A stretch of DNA of 64,000 nt from Paludibacter propionicigenes (GTDB lineage: Bacteria; Bacteroidota; Bacteroidia; Bacteroidales; JAIFNL01): assembly GCA_020721325.1 (NCBI GenBank), contig DYNA01000002.1, positions 7,037 through 71,036 of the forward strand. Reading direction: 5' to 3'. Of this stretch, positions 26,768-35,582 are shown piece after piece. The notes under the pieces were generated by a model that saw only the letters and a program-made list of their open reading frames with translations, did not search any database and had not been told where the DNA came from. The position numbers and the translations under genes were made by a program. The first letter of the stretch is position 1, and each line of letters opens with the position of its first letter.

Positions 26768-26888
26768 AAAATCCGCAAATTATATTATCAATTTGTTAAT
26801 AAACAGCTTATTGATGACTATTTTTTTTGTATTTTGCAAACAATTGAATACGATAACACTCTGGTTAATTAGCAATAAACTTGCGGAT
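26768..26888. repeat. Conserved intergenic element, copy B (see 1291..1410)
   Basis: Same four sequence blocks and spacings as copy A. The terminal complement is ATCCGCAA...TTGCGGAT (8 bp). Confidence 0.6.
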
Positions 26889-26902
26889 ATTTGGAAAAAA
26901 AT

Positions 26903-26910
26903 TATATTTG
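26903..26910 (+). promoter_or_regulatory. Bacteroidota-type -7 box TAtaTTTG upstream of ybaB
   Basis: Exact TAnnTTTG match, 47 nt upstream of the ATG at 26957. Confidence 0.5.
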
Positions 26911-26956
26911 CAAAAAAAAAATAGAGTAAAAAATCATTTAAAATACGAAAAAAGTT

Positions 26957-27256
26957 ATGTTTGGAGATTTTATGAGCAAAATGCAAGATGCTCAAAAACA
27001 GATGGAAGTAATCAAAAACCGCCTCAATGATGTGTACGTGGAAGGTGTAGCCGAAAATGGACTGATTAAAGTAACGGCGAATGCTAATAAAAAAATTATC
27101 AATATTTCAATTGATAATGAGCTACTTACAGACAAAGAGAGTTTAGAAGATTTGCTAATAGTAGCTATAAATAAAGCACTTGAAAAAGCGGAAAATGTAA
27201 ATAATTCGGAAATGGGTGGTTTGGCACAAGGCATGATGCCCAATTTATTCGGATAA
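26957..27256 (+). CDS. ybaB: YbaB/EbfC nucleoid-associated protein
   Basis: 99 aa. MQDAQKQMEVIKNRL...GLIKVTANANKKIINISID...ALEKA matches the YbaB family layout. Confidence 0.85.
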   Translation: MFGDFMSKMQDAQKQMEVIKNRLNDVYVEGVAENGLIKVTANANKKIINISIDNELLTDKESLEDLLIVAINKALEKAENVNNSEMGGLAQGMMPNLFG

Positions 27257-27841
27257 TAAAGTTTTTTGGTAATTTACTAAATCGTTATAAATTTTAAAAC
27301 CCACCCATGCATCGGTAGCAGCATAAATTTGCTGCTCTGATGTCAATTTTTGGCTTTCCCAATTTGATAATTGCTGGGCTTTGGATATCCGAAAATTTAA
27401 TACAATGGCACTGAGTTTCTTTAGCGAAAGGCACTCAATACCAAATTGTTTGACAAAATTTTGTAAGTCCACAAAGCCTGCGGCATGAAAATAATTCAGT
27501 TTTTGAAGTGCTTTTATATCGTCGTGAATGGCTACGCCAACTTTGGTTATTTGAGGATTTCGCAAAAGTTTGGTCATTTCGGTAGGTAAACCTATTTCTT
27601 TGAGTTTAAACAAGTAAGCTTTTTTTTCGGTCGATAGTTGCAACAATGCCACTTTATTGGTATCACCTTTTTTAAAATTTGGACGCGTTTCGGTATCAAA
27701 ACCCAAAATAGCCTCTTTTTTAAGCTCATCGATAACTTGATTAAAGATTTTAAAATTATAAACAACAACTATTTCACCTTCAAAATACTTTAAAGGCAAT
27801 TCGTTCATTTCTTGTGAAGTTATTGTTTTTTTTAATATCAA
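27245..27841 (-). CDS. DEDDy 3'-5' exonuclease (RNase D / WRN-exonuclease-like)
   Basis: ExoI GFDTET, ExoII VAIHDDIKAL and ExoIII YAATDAW motifs are present. Confidence 0.85.
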   Translation of the reverse strand: MILKKTITSQEMNELPLKYFEGEIVVVYNFKIFNQVIDELKKEAILGFDTETRPNFKKGDTNKVALLQLSTEKKAYLFKLKEIGLPTEMTKLLRNPQITKVGVAIHDDIKALQKLNYFHAAGFVDLQNFVKQFGIECLSLKKLSAIVLNFRISKAQQLSNWESQKLTSEQQIYAATDAWVGFKIYNDLVNYQKTLLSE

Positions 27842-27868
27842 AATACCTGTTTTAATAAAATTTTATCG

Positions 27869-28510
27869 TTAAAAAAATTCAGAATCGTCTGTTGTCTCAA
27901 AAAAATTATTTACCCAATTTTTTTTTTGAGTTTTTGGTGATTTTTGAACTACTGGCTCGTTTTCTTCCAGACCTTCCGGACTATGCAAAATGAAATGAAG
28001 ATTGTTTAAAGTTCCTAAAATTTTAAAACCCCAAATTTGCTTAAAATTTTCTTTACAATCCCACAATGCCTCATGTATGCTTTCAGATATGCCTAATTGA
28101 TAGCTACTTACAAAATCTTTTATATCTTGATAAGTATCCGCTAAACATTCTGAAATGCTCATGCTCGATGTTTCGGAAGTTGCTGATTGTAAATTGTTTA
28201 CATCTACAAAATTATCGTGAATACCTAATTTTTGAGATATTGTGTCTTTAATAAATTCCCAATCCTCCAATGTAACAAAACCTTCCGGTTCAAATTCGCT
28301 TAAATTTTCAAAATCGGGAACCGAAATGGCTTTAAAATAGAGCAAAGGCAATATTTTAACAGCTTTTGCAACCCAATCGGACAATGAAAAATGGGCTGAA
28401 TTTTCTAAAAATTTGCAATATTCGTTGGAAACAGCTACAAATTCAAGCACAGAAACCGAATAAATTAAGTCTCCATCTGAATCTAAATTTTGTTGGTCTT
28501 TTTCAAGCAT
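27869..28510 (-). CDS. Acidic hypothetical protein (DUF5063-like, from memory)
   Basis: 213 aa and Asp/Glu-rich. It lies 27 nt upstream of the exonuclease gene on the same strand. No catalytic motif recognised. Confidence 0.5.
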   Translation of the reverse strand: MLEKDQQNLDSDGDLIYSVSVLEFVAVSNEYCKFLENSAHFSLSDWVAKAVKILPLLYFKAISVPDFENLSEFEPEGFVTLEDWEFIKDTISQKLGIHDNFVDVNNLQSATSETSSMSISECLADTYQDIKDFVSSYQLGISESIHEALWDCKENFKQIWGFKILGTLNNLHFILHSPEGLEENEPVVQKSPKTQKKNWVNNFFETTDDSEFF

Positions 28511-28516
28511 AACTTT

Positions 28517-28561
28517 AAAAAAAAATAAAAATGGACAAGCTTAACATTTTGACTTATCCAT
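28517..28561 (-). terminator. Terminator after the 28583..29056 gene
   Basis: Stem atggacaag / cttatccat (one mismatch), preceded on the plus strand by a long A-run, which reads as a T-run on the minus strand. Confidence 0.6.
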
Positions 28562-28582
28562 CTTTACTAAATATTCGCTGGA

Positions 28583-29056
28583 TTATTCTTGCGTAATTTC
28601 TTCTTTACTTTCAGTAATTTCTTCTTTACTTTCAGTAATTTCTTCAATGCTTTCAGTTTTTTCTTCTTGGTCAAATTTGAGCATATCGAATTTTAATAGC
28701 AAATTATACCAAGTTATAAGTCTTTTTATATCAGACACATAAACTCTTTCGCGGTCATAAGTGGGTAAAACATCGGCTAAAAAATTTTTAAGCATTTCAG
28801 GCTTATCTGATGGCTTCACTGTAATCTCTGTAGCACCTTGTTTTTCGTATATTTTTTTCAAAATTTCAGCTAAAGGAACTTCTTCATCGGTCGTGTACAT
28901 GGCTATGTCTTCCAAAGCACTTATTTTTGATGAAGCATAAGCCGGCATACGTTTCTTGGTTTCCAAATGTTCTACAATAATCGCATTTTTTGAATGGGTT
29001 ACCAACTTAAATAAGCCGGAATGTCCTGAAATTGATAATATTCCTTTTAAATCCAT
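28583..29056 (-). CDS. Hypothetical protein (DUF5606-like, from memory) with a C-terminal acidic heptad repeat
   Basis: N-terminus MDLKGILSISGHSGLFKLV. The C-terminus contains EEITESK repeated three times. Confidence 0.55.
   Translation of the reverse strand: MDLKGILSISGHSGLFKLVTHSKNAIIVEHLETKKRMPAYASSKISALEDIAMYTTDEEVPLAEILKKIYEKQGATEITVKPSDKPEMLKNFLADVLPTYDRERVYVSDIKRLITWYNLLLKFDMLKFDQEEKTESIEEITESKEEITESKEEITQE
28593..28655. repeat. 21-bp tandem repeat x3 inside a CDS
   Basis: gtaatttcttctttactttca occurs at 28593-28613 and 28614-28634. A diverged third unit is at 28635-28655. The repeat is in frame and encodes the ITESKEE heptads. Confidence 0.9.
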
Positions 29057-29191
29057 AAAATTTCTTTAATTTTTAAAATCTAAACTTTTCTAAGTTTGCA
29101 AAATTATAAAAAAAAATTGCATCTTAAAAAAAAAAATTCATTTTAATCGTTTTTTTTAATTTTTTAACTTAATTTTTTAAAAATTTTATTT

Positions 29192-29893
29192 TTATTCAAA
29201 AAAATTTTCAGGTATTAATTCAGCCCAATTTCCTTTTATTGTTTCAAATTTATTACTGTGAGTTAATAACTTTAAAAATACCTTACGATTTATTTCTTTT
29301 GCGCCAAGCGATAACAAATGTTTGGTATGTGTTTGAGCGTCAATCATCTTAAAATCAAAATGTTTTACAAGTTTTACTAAATAATAAAATGCCACTTTTG
29401 AAGCATCGGTCATTTCGTGAAACATTGACTCCCCAAAAAAAGCTTTTCCCAACGATACTCCATAGAGTCCACCGACTAATTTGCCTTCAAAATAAGTTGA
29501 AATAGAATGAGCAAAACCGTTGATATACAGATTATTATACGCACTTTGTATAGCGGGAGTAATCCAAGTTCCATCTTGTCCTTCTCGTTTGATTTGAGCG
29601 CATTTAACAATTATTTTATCAAAATCAGTATCAATTTTTACTTCAAATTTTTTCTGCAAAACGGTCTTTTTTAAGCTTTTAGAAACTTTAAATTGGTCGG
29701 GAAATAATACAAGTCGCGGATTGGGCGAATACCATAATACCGGATTTTTTTCATCATTTGGCCATGGAAAAATACCGTGTGAATAGGCTAAAAGCAAACG
29801 GTCTTGCGATAAATCACCACCAAAAGCTAAAAATCCATCTTTGTTGGCATATTTTGGATGGGGAAATATTAAATCGGCTGATAACAAATACAT
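29192..29893 (-). CDS. aat: Leucyl/phenylalanyl-tRNA--protein transferase
   Basis: 233 aa. FPWPNDEKNPVLWYSPNPR...GESMFH matches the Aat family signature. Confidence 0.85.
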   Translation of the reverse strand: MYLLSADLIFPHPKYANKDGFLAFGGDLSQDRLLLAYSHGIFPWPNDEKNPVLWYSPNPRLVLFPDQFKVSKSLKKTVLQKKFEVKIDTDFDKIIVKCAQIKREGQDGTWITPAIQSAYNNLYINGFAHSISTYFEGKLVGGLYGVSLGKAFFGESMFHEMTDASKVAFYYLVKLVKHFDFKMIDAQTHTKHLLSLGAKEINRKVFLKLLTHSNKFETIKGNWAELIPENFFE

Positions 29894-29894
29894 T

Positions 29895-30485
29895 TCATAA
29901 AAAATTATTAATCAATATATTGTGAATTTTTAACACTTGCAAAATAACCGATTGGGTTTCATCATTGTAAATAATAAAATCACTTTTTTGAAGTTTTTCT
30001 TCTTCCGGCATTTGGCTATTTATTCGTTTTAAAACTTCTGTTTCTGATATGTTTTCCCGTAAAATAACTCGCTTTATTCTCAAATCAATGGGTGCAAAAA
30101 CAGTTATAACTTTATCCACCTGTCTATAAGCACCACTTTCAAATAAAATTGCGGCTTCTTTTAGAGTATAAGGTGTTGATTGATTGCTAATTGCCCACTT
30201 TTCATAATCATTTCTAACTGCTGGGTGAATAATAGAATTTACTTTTTCAAGTTCCCGTTTATCCTGAAAAATAATACCGGCTAATTTTTTTCTATTCAAA
30301 TAGCCATCTTCATAAATATCTTCACCAAAAGCAGAAATCAATTGAGTCTTAACTTCCGAAGACCTGTGTGTGATAACTGCGGCAGCTACATCGGCATTGT
30401 AAACCGGTATTTTTAAGGCTGCAAATATTTTACAAATAGTTGATTTTCCGCTGCCTATACCACCTGTAATACCTATTTTTAACAT
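29895..30485 (-). CDS. coaE: Dephospho-CoA kinase
   Basis: N-terminal P-loop IGITGGIGSGKST. 196 aa. Confidence 0.9.
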   Translation of the reverse strand: MLKIGITGGIGSGKSTICKIFAALKIPVYNADVAAAVITHRSSEVKTQLISAFGEDIYEDGYLNRKKLAGIIFQDKRELEKVNSIIHPAVRNDYEKWAISNQSTPYTLKEAAILFESGAYRQVDKVITVFAPIDLRIKRVILRENISETEVLKRINSQMPEEEKLQKSDFIIYNDETQSVILQVLKIHNILINNFL

Positions 30486-30492
30486 AAAAAAA

Positions 30493-31494
30493 TTATTTTT
30501 CCAAAATATACTCTACTCGTTGAGGAGAAAAATCTAAATTAAATGCAAACTTTGAAGTATTTTCCAAATTAACTCTTAAAGTCTTTGAATTTTCCATGAT
30601 TTCTTTGTAATCTACTGTAAATTTAAAATCTTCCGCCTTTACTTTTAAATAATTGGATATTGATATATTAAACTGAATATGAATATTTTGTGGAAATAAT
30701 TGCAAGTCATATTGCGAAGGTAAATTTACTATTTCAATTGGAATTTGCATTGTTTTTTCTGTAAATTCTTCTATCGGAACAAATACTTTTACTCGTGGGA
30801 TTGAAAAAGAAATGCCGGAAATTTCTTGCAGTTCACATGTTAAATCCAAATGATTATCTATTGAAAAAAACTCATATTCCTCTGTCTGTACGAAAGCTAT
30901 TTTTTCCAATAATTGCCTTGAACCGGAAATGATAATACTATCTGGAATAATTCTTTCGGGTGTAGTTTGAAAAAACTGTTGTTTTAGTGATAATTTGATG
31001 TTACTTTTTACCGGAACTTTTTTTGTTTGTATGTTTTCATACAAAAAGAAAAGACTATCGGGGCGAATAGCTATTATTTTAAAGTTATCGCCTATGTGGG
31101 CTGAAATCAGATTTTTTAGCTTTGATGTTCTTACAAAATACGAGACCGAATCGGTTTTCATTCGATTCACATAGCGTGAATCGGATTTTATTTTTATGGT
31201 ATTTTTAAATATGGTTGTATTGAAATCGAGAATGCTAAAACCGCGTGCATTTATTTGTACTGTCAAATTACCTATTGACGTTTTATTTTGTATAAGTGCT
31301 TGATTATTAAATGTATTAATAAATTCATAAGGTACTTCAATAAAACTGTTGTACTGCTTAGCTAACGCATTTAAGAACCAAAAAATAGTAGATAAAAACA
31401 AAAAAAATAAAAAAACAAAGTACTTTTTTTGCAATTTAAAATTTCGTACTCTTTTAACTGTTAAAAGATAAAATATTCGTATTTTTTTTTCCAC
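30493..31494 (-). CDS. YbbR-like domain protein
   Basis: 333 aa with an N-terminal TM helix and repeated beta-rich modules. Its position between yajC and coaE is, as I recall, typical of Bacteroidota. No strong motif seen. Confidence 0.5.
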   Translation of the reverse strand: MEKKIRIFYLLTVKRVRNFKLQKKYFVFLFFLFLSTIFWFLNALAKQYNSFIEVPYEFINTFNNQALIQNKTSIGNLTVQINARGFSILDFNTTIFKNTIKIKSDSRYVNRMKTDSVSYFVRTSKLKNLISAHIGDNFKIIAIRPDSLFFLYENIQTKKVPVKSNIKLSLKQQFFQTTPERIIPDSIIISGSRQLLEKIAFVQTEEYEFFSIDNHLDLTCELQEISGISFSIPRVKVFVPIEEFTEKTMQIPIEIVNLPSQYDLQLFPQNIHIQFNISISNYLKVKAEDFKFTVDYKEIMENSKTLRVNLENTSKFAFNLDFSPQRVEYILEK

Positions 31495-31577
31495 ATTTTC
31501 ACTTATTTTAAAATAAAAAGTAAATTGCTTATATTAAAATATAAACAATTTACAAAAATTTTTAAAGTTTACGAGTA

Positions 31578-31910
31578 TTATTTTTGCTGCCCGATAAGAC
31601 CAGTATTATCTAAATTAATTGCTGTTTTATCTACTCGTAACTTAACATCATTGTCCACATCAAGCACTACAATATTGTCTTTAATATCGGCAATTTTACC
31701 ATAAATACCGCCAATAGTAATCACTTTATCGCCTTTTTTAAGTTCTTCTCTGAATTTTTTTAACTCCTTTTGTTTTTTAATTTGTGGGCGAATCATAAAG
31801 AAATAAAATACCACAATAATTAAAATTAATGGTAAAAAAGTCATAAGTGGGTTAGCCTCTTGTCCTTGAGGTTGCGACATCAAAAAAATGGATAATAAAT
31901 TAATCTTCAT
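31578..31910 (-). CDS. yajC: Preprotein translocase subunit YajC
   Basis: Motif LPLILIIVVFYFFMIRPQIKKQKE...GDKVITIGGIYGKI. Confidence 0.9.
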   Translation of the reverse strand: MKINLLSIFLMSQPQGQEANPLMTFLPLILIIVVFYFFMIRPQIKKQKELKKFREELKKGDKVITIGGIYGKIADIKDNIVVLDVDNDVKLRVDKTAINLDNTGLIGQQK

Positions 31911-31939
31911 TTGCTAAAAATATATTAAGTTAGTATTTT

Positions 31940-32398
31940 TTATTGCTTGGGTGCAGTTACTTCTGCTACAAAATTTACTTCAACAACTCGTTCGGTGGAA
32001 TTGGTTATTAATTTCACACTTTTGCTTTGTTTTCCATATCTTCCGGAGCTGTCGAAAGTTATTTCGAGTTGTCCCTCACCTCCTTTGGGAATGGGTTCTT
32101 TAGTCCACTTGGGTACTGTACACCCACAACTGGCTGTAGCTGAAGTTATTATAAGTAAATCTTCGCCAGTGTTTTTAAATGTTATGGTGTATTTGACTAT
32201 TTCGCCTTGCACCATACTGCCCAGATTATAAACCTCTTTATCAAAAACACATTTTGAATTAGCACCCGATTGTTTTACAAATCCTTTGGGTTCTTGGCTT
32301 TCGTTTACATTTTTTTTATCTGTATCTTCATTATTTGTGCAAAATGTAAATAGAGATACAGAGACCAGTAAGATTATATAAATTATTTTTTTTATCAT
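31940..32398 (-). CDS. DUF1573 domain lipoprotein
   Basis: Lipoprotein-like signal ending in FTFC. DUF1573 core FTFKNTGEDLLIITSATASCGCTVP. Confidence 0.75.
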   Translation of the reverse strand: MIKKIIYIILLVSVSLFTFCTNNEDTDKKNVNESQEPKGFVKQSGANSKCVFDKEVYNLGSMVQGEIVKYTITFKNTGEDLLIITSATASCGCTVPKWTKEPIPKGGEGQLEITFDSSGRYGKQSKSVKLITNSTERVVEVNFVAEVTAPKQ

Positions 32399-32415
32399 AT
32401 AAAAATATAAGCTAA

Positions 32416-33363
32416 TTATTCTTTTAAACCTCTACCGACTTTTTTAATTTTTCCGGTATTTTTAAGTTCGTCTATACAATTCTCTAAAACAGCATTTATA
32501 AACTCACTGCTTCTTTCTGTACTGTAAAATTTTGATAGCTCAATGTACTCATTCATACTCACTTTAACAGGAATAGAATCGAAAAATTCAATTTCTGCTA
32601 AAGCCATCAAAATTAGAATGATGTCAATTTGGGCAATACGCTCAATATCCCAATTCGTAATGTGCCTTTTAATTAACTCTTCAAATTCTTTTTTATGAAT
32701 TAAAGTTTTACGAATTAAATTTTTCGCAAACTCTATATCATCTTCATTATTAAATGATTGAACAATTTTTTTTGTTTCAGTATTGCCAATTTTCATTGCT
32801 TCAATGCTTTTGATAAGCATACTCAATACAAATTCAAAATCATCTGTCCAAAAGATACTTGTTTCTTCGAGCCATAAAAAAAGAGCCTCATTTTCAGCAA
32901 AAATATTTTCAATTATTTGTATAATTAATTCTTGGTCTTCGCTATATTTATTAAGCTCATTTTCAGACATATATTGCTTATAAATATCACTTTCCAAAAC
33001 TTTATTGAAAACATCTTTAACTACTTCGTCATATTTTGACCATGATAATTTTTCTCTTTGAATATAGTCTTTAAACTGCTGGTTTTCATTTAATTGCTTT
33101 ATAATTTTATTATTTACAAAGCGTAGATTCGGATTCAAATCTTCATTTGACGGAAGTCTTTTATTTTTTGCTTTTTCTATTTTATCTTCTGCTAATTTTA
33201 CTAATTCACTTAACAAGGCTACATTATAAAAAAATAAATCATACGATTTATTTATACTAAAAAAAAGCTCTTTTTCAGCCTGTTGTATCGATTTTTCGGG
33301 CGTTTGCATATAAGAATATAATATTTGCATTCCCTTTATTCGTAGAAGTCTTCTACTGACCAT
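32416..33363 (-). CDS. nusB: Transcription antitermination factor NusB (long Bacteroidota form)
   Basis: N-terminus SRRLLRIKGMQILY. C-terminal NusB core NWDIERIAQIDIILILMALAEI...FINAVL. Confidence 0.8.
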   Translation of the reverse strand: MVSRRLLRIKGMQILYSYMQTPEKSIQQAEKELFFSINKSYDLFFYNVALLSELVKLAEDKIEKAKNKRLPSNEDLNPNLRFVNNKIIKQLNENQQFKDYIQREKLSWSKYDEVVKDVFNKVLESDIYKQYMSENELNKYSEDQELIIQIIENIFAENEALFLWLEETSIFWTDDFEFVLSMLIKSIEAMKIGNTETKKIVQSFNNEDDIEFAKNLIRKTLIHKKEFEELIKRHITNWDIERIAQIDIILILMALAEIEFFDSIPVKVSMNEYIELSKFYSTERSSEFINAVLENCIDELKNTGKIKKVGRGLKE

Positions 33364-33668
33364 GAAGTTATTTAATTAAAAATGAACAATTTAATATTTT
33401 TCTAATCTTTCTATTTTTTAGTTTGCAAAGGTAAAAAAAATATTGAAAACAATAAGTTAAAAAATAAAAAAAGGTTCTATTACTCTTTTTTCAAAGAGTG
33501 AAATAAAAAAAAGTTATTCTATTAATATTCAATACTTTAAATTTATTCATTTATTTTGTGTAAAAAAAAATGATTTTTTCAAAACATTGACATTCTTGCA
33601 TTTACATTAAAAAGAACTTTTATTTAAAAATTAGAGTGAAAAATAAATATTTCTTTTGAAAAAAAATA

Positions 33669-33676
33669 TTATTTTT
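33669..33676 (+). promoter_or_regulatory. Bacteroidota-type -7 box TAttTTTG
   Basis: Exact TAnnTTTG match, 31 nt upstream of the ATG at 33708. Confidence 0.5.
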
Positions 33677-33707
33677 GTAGAACGATAAATTTTTAAATAA
33701 TATAGCT

Positions 33708-33944
33708 ATGGAAGAAAAAACAAATATAAACAAACCCGCTGTTGTTGAATTAGTTAAGGGGCAAACGTACAAATGGTGTACATGCGATTTTTCAAAAAAT
33801 CAGCCCTTTTGCGATGCAAGTCATAAAGGCAAAACCGATTTAAAATCGCTCCATTTCACTGCCGAAAATGATGGGAAAGCCTATCTTTGCCAATGCAAAA
33901 AAACAAAAACTCCGCCTTATTGCGATGGTTCGCATAGATTGTAG
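33708..33944 (+). CDS. CDGSH-type iron-sulfur domain protein (two motifs)
   Basis: Two CxC-x8/9-C-D-[AG]-S-H motifs are present: WCTCDFSKNQPFCDASH and LCQCKKTKTPPYCDGSH. Confidence 0.9.
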   Translation: MEEKTNINKPAVVELVKGQTYKWCTCDFSKNQPFCDASHKGKTDLKSLHFTAENDGKAYLCQCKKTKTPPYCDGSHRL

Positions 33945-33959
33945 TCTTTATCGAATTAA

Positions 33960-34005
33960 AATTTCCGGTATATTTTAATTTGTAATTAATTATATACCAG
34001 AAATT
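33960..34005. terminator. Hairpin between convergent CDGSH and FGGY kinase genes
   Basis: 14-nt arms aatttccggtatat / atataccagaaatt with one mismatch and an AT-rich loop. Confidence 0.5.
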
Positions 34006-34014
34006 TAGCGTTCA

Positions 34015-35565
34015 TTAGTTTTCCGGATATTTTGTTATTTCCCTTATATTTTTATAAAGCGATTCCAGTTTTTTATACATTTTTAAATATACTTTTTTAT
34101 ATAAATCCTTATAAATTAAGGCATTTTCTTTGTTTGGCAAAAAAGTTTTTTCAAAAGCAACCATTTTTGTAACCGCTTCATTTAGAGTTGAATAAATACC
34201 TACTCCATAAGCGGTAATAATTGCAGCTCCTAAACCTGAAGTTTCATAAGTTTTTCCTCGCAAAAGTGGCATATTAAAAACATCGGCTGTAATTTGGCAA
34301 ATTTCATCACTTTGCGACGCTCCTCCCGAAACAGCAATTTGGCTAAATTTAAAGCCTCCTCGCTTTTGTAATCGGTGCATTCCATCAAGCAAACCATACG
34401 CAAGTCCTTCAATTACAGCTCTATAAACATGTTCCTTTTTATGCACATCGCCAAAACCAATCATTGCACCTTTGGCATTTTTTTCGCCCAAACCCGGCGA
34501 CCAGTAAGGTTGCACGATTAACCCCATTGCTCCAGCAGGTGATTTATTAAGTAATTCATTCATAACTACTTCCGCTGGAATATTTAATTCGGACGCTTTT
34601 TGAACTTCCTTGAAAGCAAACTCGTTTTTAAACCAACTTATCATCCAAAAGCCCCGATAAATCTCAATTTCTGGATTCCAATGATTAGCCATTAACGAAG
34701 GATATGCCGGAAAAAAACGAATGGGTTCTAAATATTTTGCCACTGTGGTTTGCACGGTAGCAGTCGTGCCAAAACTTAAACTTGCTGTTTTACAATTAGT
34801 TACACCCATACCCAGCGTTTCGCAGCCTTTATCCGAGCCACATGCAATTACGGGCGTTCCGACCGGAATGGCAGTTTGTTCAAATGCTTTTTCAGAAATT
34901 TTGCCTATTAGTCCTCCGGGTTTTACAAGGTTTGGAAGCTTCTCTTTTTCAATCGGATACAATTTTCCACTTAACTCAAAAATATCTTTTGGATTAGACC
35001 AATCTTGTTTTTTATAATCAAAAGGAATGTATCCGATTTGCGAAGCAATCGAATCTGAAAAAACACCGGTTAATTTATAGTTCAAAAAACCCGAAATTTG
35101 TAAATATTTATAAGTTTTTTTCCATAGTAGCGGTTCATTTTGTCTTATCCAATTGCATTGTCCTTTACGTTCCATTTTTTTTAAAGTTGTCTTTACTCCA
35201 ATTGCTTTGAAAATCAAATCGATAAAAAAATTTGGCTTGTAAACATTTTTAGCTGTACGTTGGTCGAGCCACAAAAGCGATGGACGTAAAACGGTTCCAT
35301 TTTCATCAACATTTACCATTGTACTGCGCAAAGTAGTAACGCCAACACCCTTTATGTGCTTAAAAACTTGAGAGTTACGCTTTTCCAATTCAACACTTGC
35401 CTTACAAAGGCTATTCCAGTAAATATCAGCATGTTGCTCTGCCCACCCTGCTTTTGGGCTTTGGTAGGGTTCATAAAAAACTTGCTCTTTATCAATTACT
35501 TCCCCTTTTTCACTAAACAAAATAGCTCTGGTACTTTGCGTGCCACAATCAATGGATAATATCAT
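34015..35565 (-). CDS. FGGY-family carbohydrate/polyol kinase
   Basis: N-terminus ILSIDCGTQSTRAILF. C-terminus VSGGASQSD. 516 aa. Substrate cannot be determined from the sequence. Confidence 0.85.
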   Translation of the reverse strand: MILSIDCGTQSTRAILFSEKGEVIDKEQVFYEPYQSPKAGWAEQHADIYWNSLCKASVELEKRNSQVFKHIKGVGVTTLRSTMVNVDENGTVLRPSLLWLDQRTAKNVYKPNFFIDLIFKAIGVKTTLKKMERKGQCNWIRQNEPLLWKKTYKYLQISGFLNYKLTGVFSDSIASQIGYIPFDYKKQDWSNPKDIFELSGKLYPIEKEKLPNLVKPGGLIGKISEKAFEQTAIPVGTPVIACGSDKGCETLGMGVTNCKTASLSFGTTATVQTTVAKYLEPIRFFPAYPSLMANHWNPEIEIYRGFWMISWFKNEFAFKEVQKASELNIPAEVVMNELLNKSPAGAMGLIVQPYWSPGLGEKNAKGAMIGFGDVHKKEHVYRAVIEGLAYGLLDGMHRLQKRGGFKFSQIAVSGGASQSDEICQITADVFNMPLLRGKTYETSGLGAAIITAYGVGIYSTLNEAVTKMVAFEKTFLPNKENALIYKDLYKKVYLKMYKKLESLYKNIREITKYPEN

Positions 35566-35582
35566 GCTAAAAAATATTATAT

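Noticed and set aside
26149-26956. Possible oriC next to parAB
   Set aside because: I could not find TTATCCACA-like DnaA boxes by eye. Genes on both sides of the spacer run in the same (minus) direction, which argues against a replication origin here. No dnaA or dnaN is nearby. This still deserves a computed skew analysis.
28593-28655. Tandem repeats as a possible CRISPR array
   Set aside because: The units are contiguous with no spacers, in frame inside a CDS, and only 21 bp long. No CRISPR-like repeat-spacer pattern was seen anywhere in the window.
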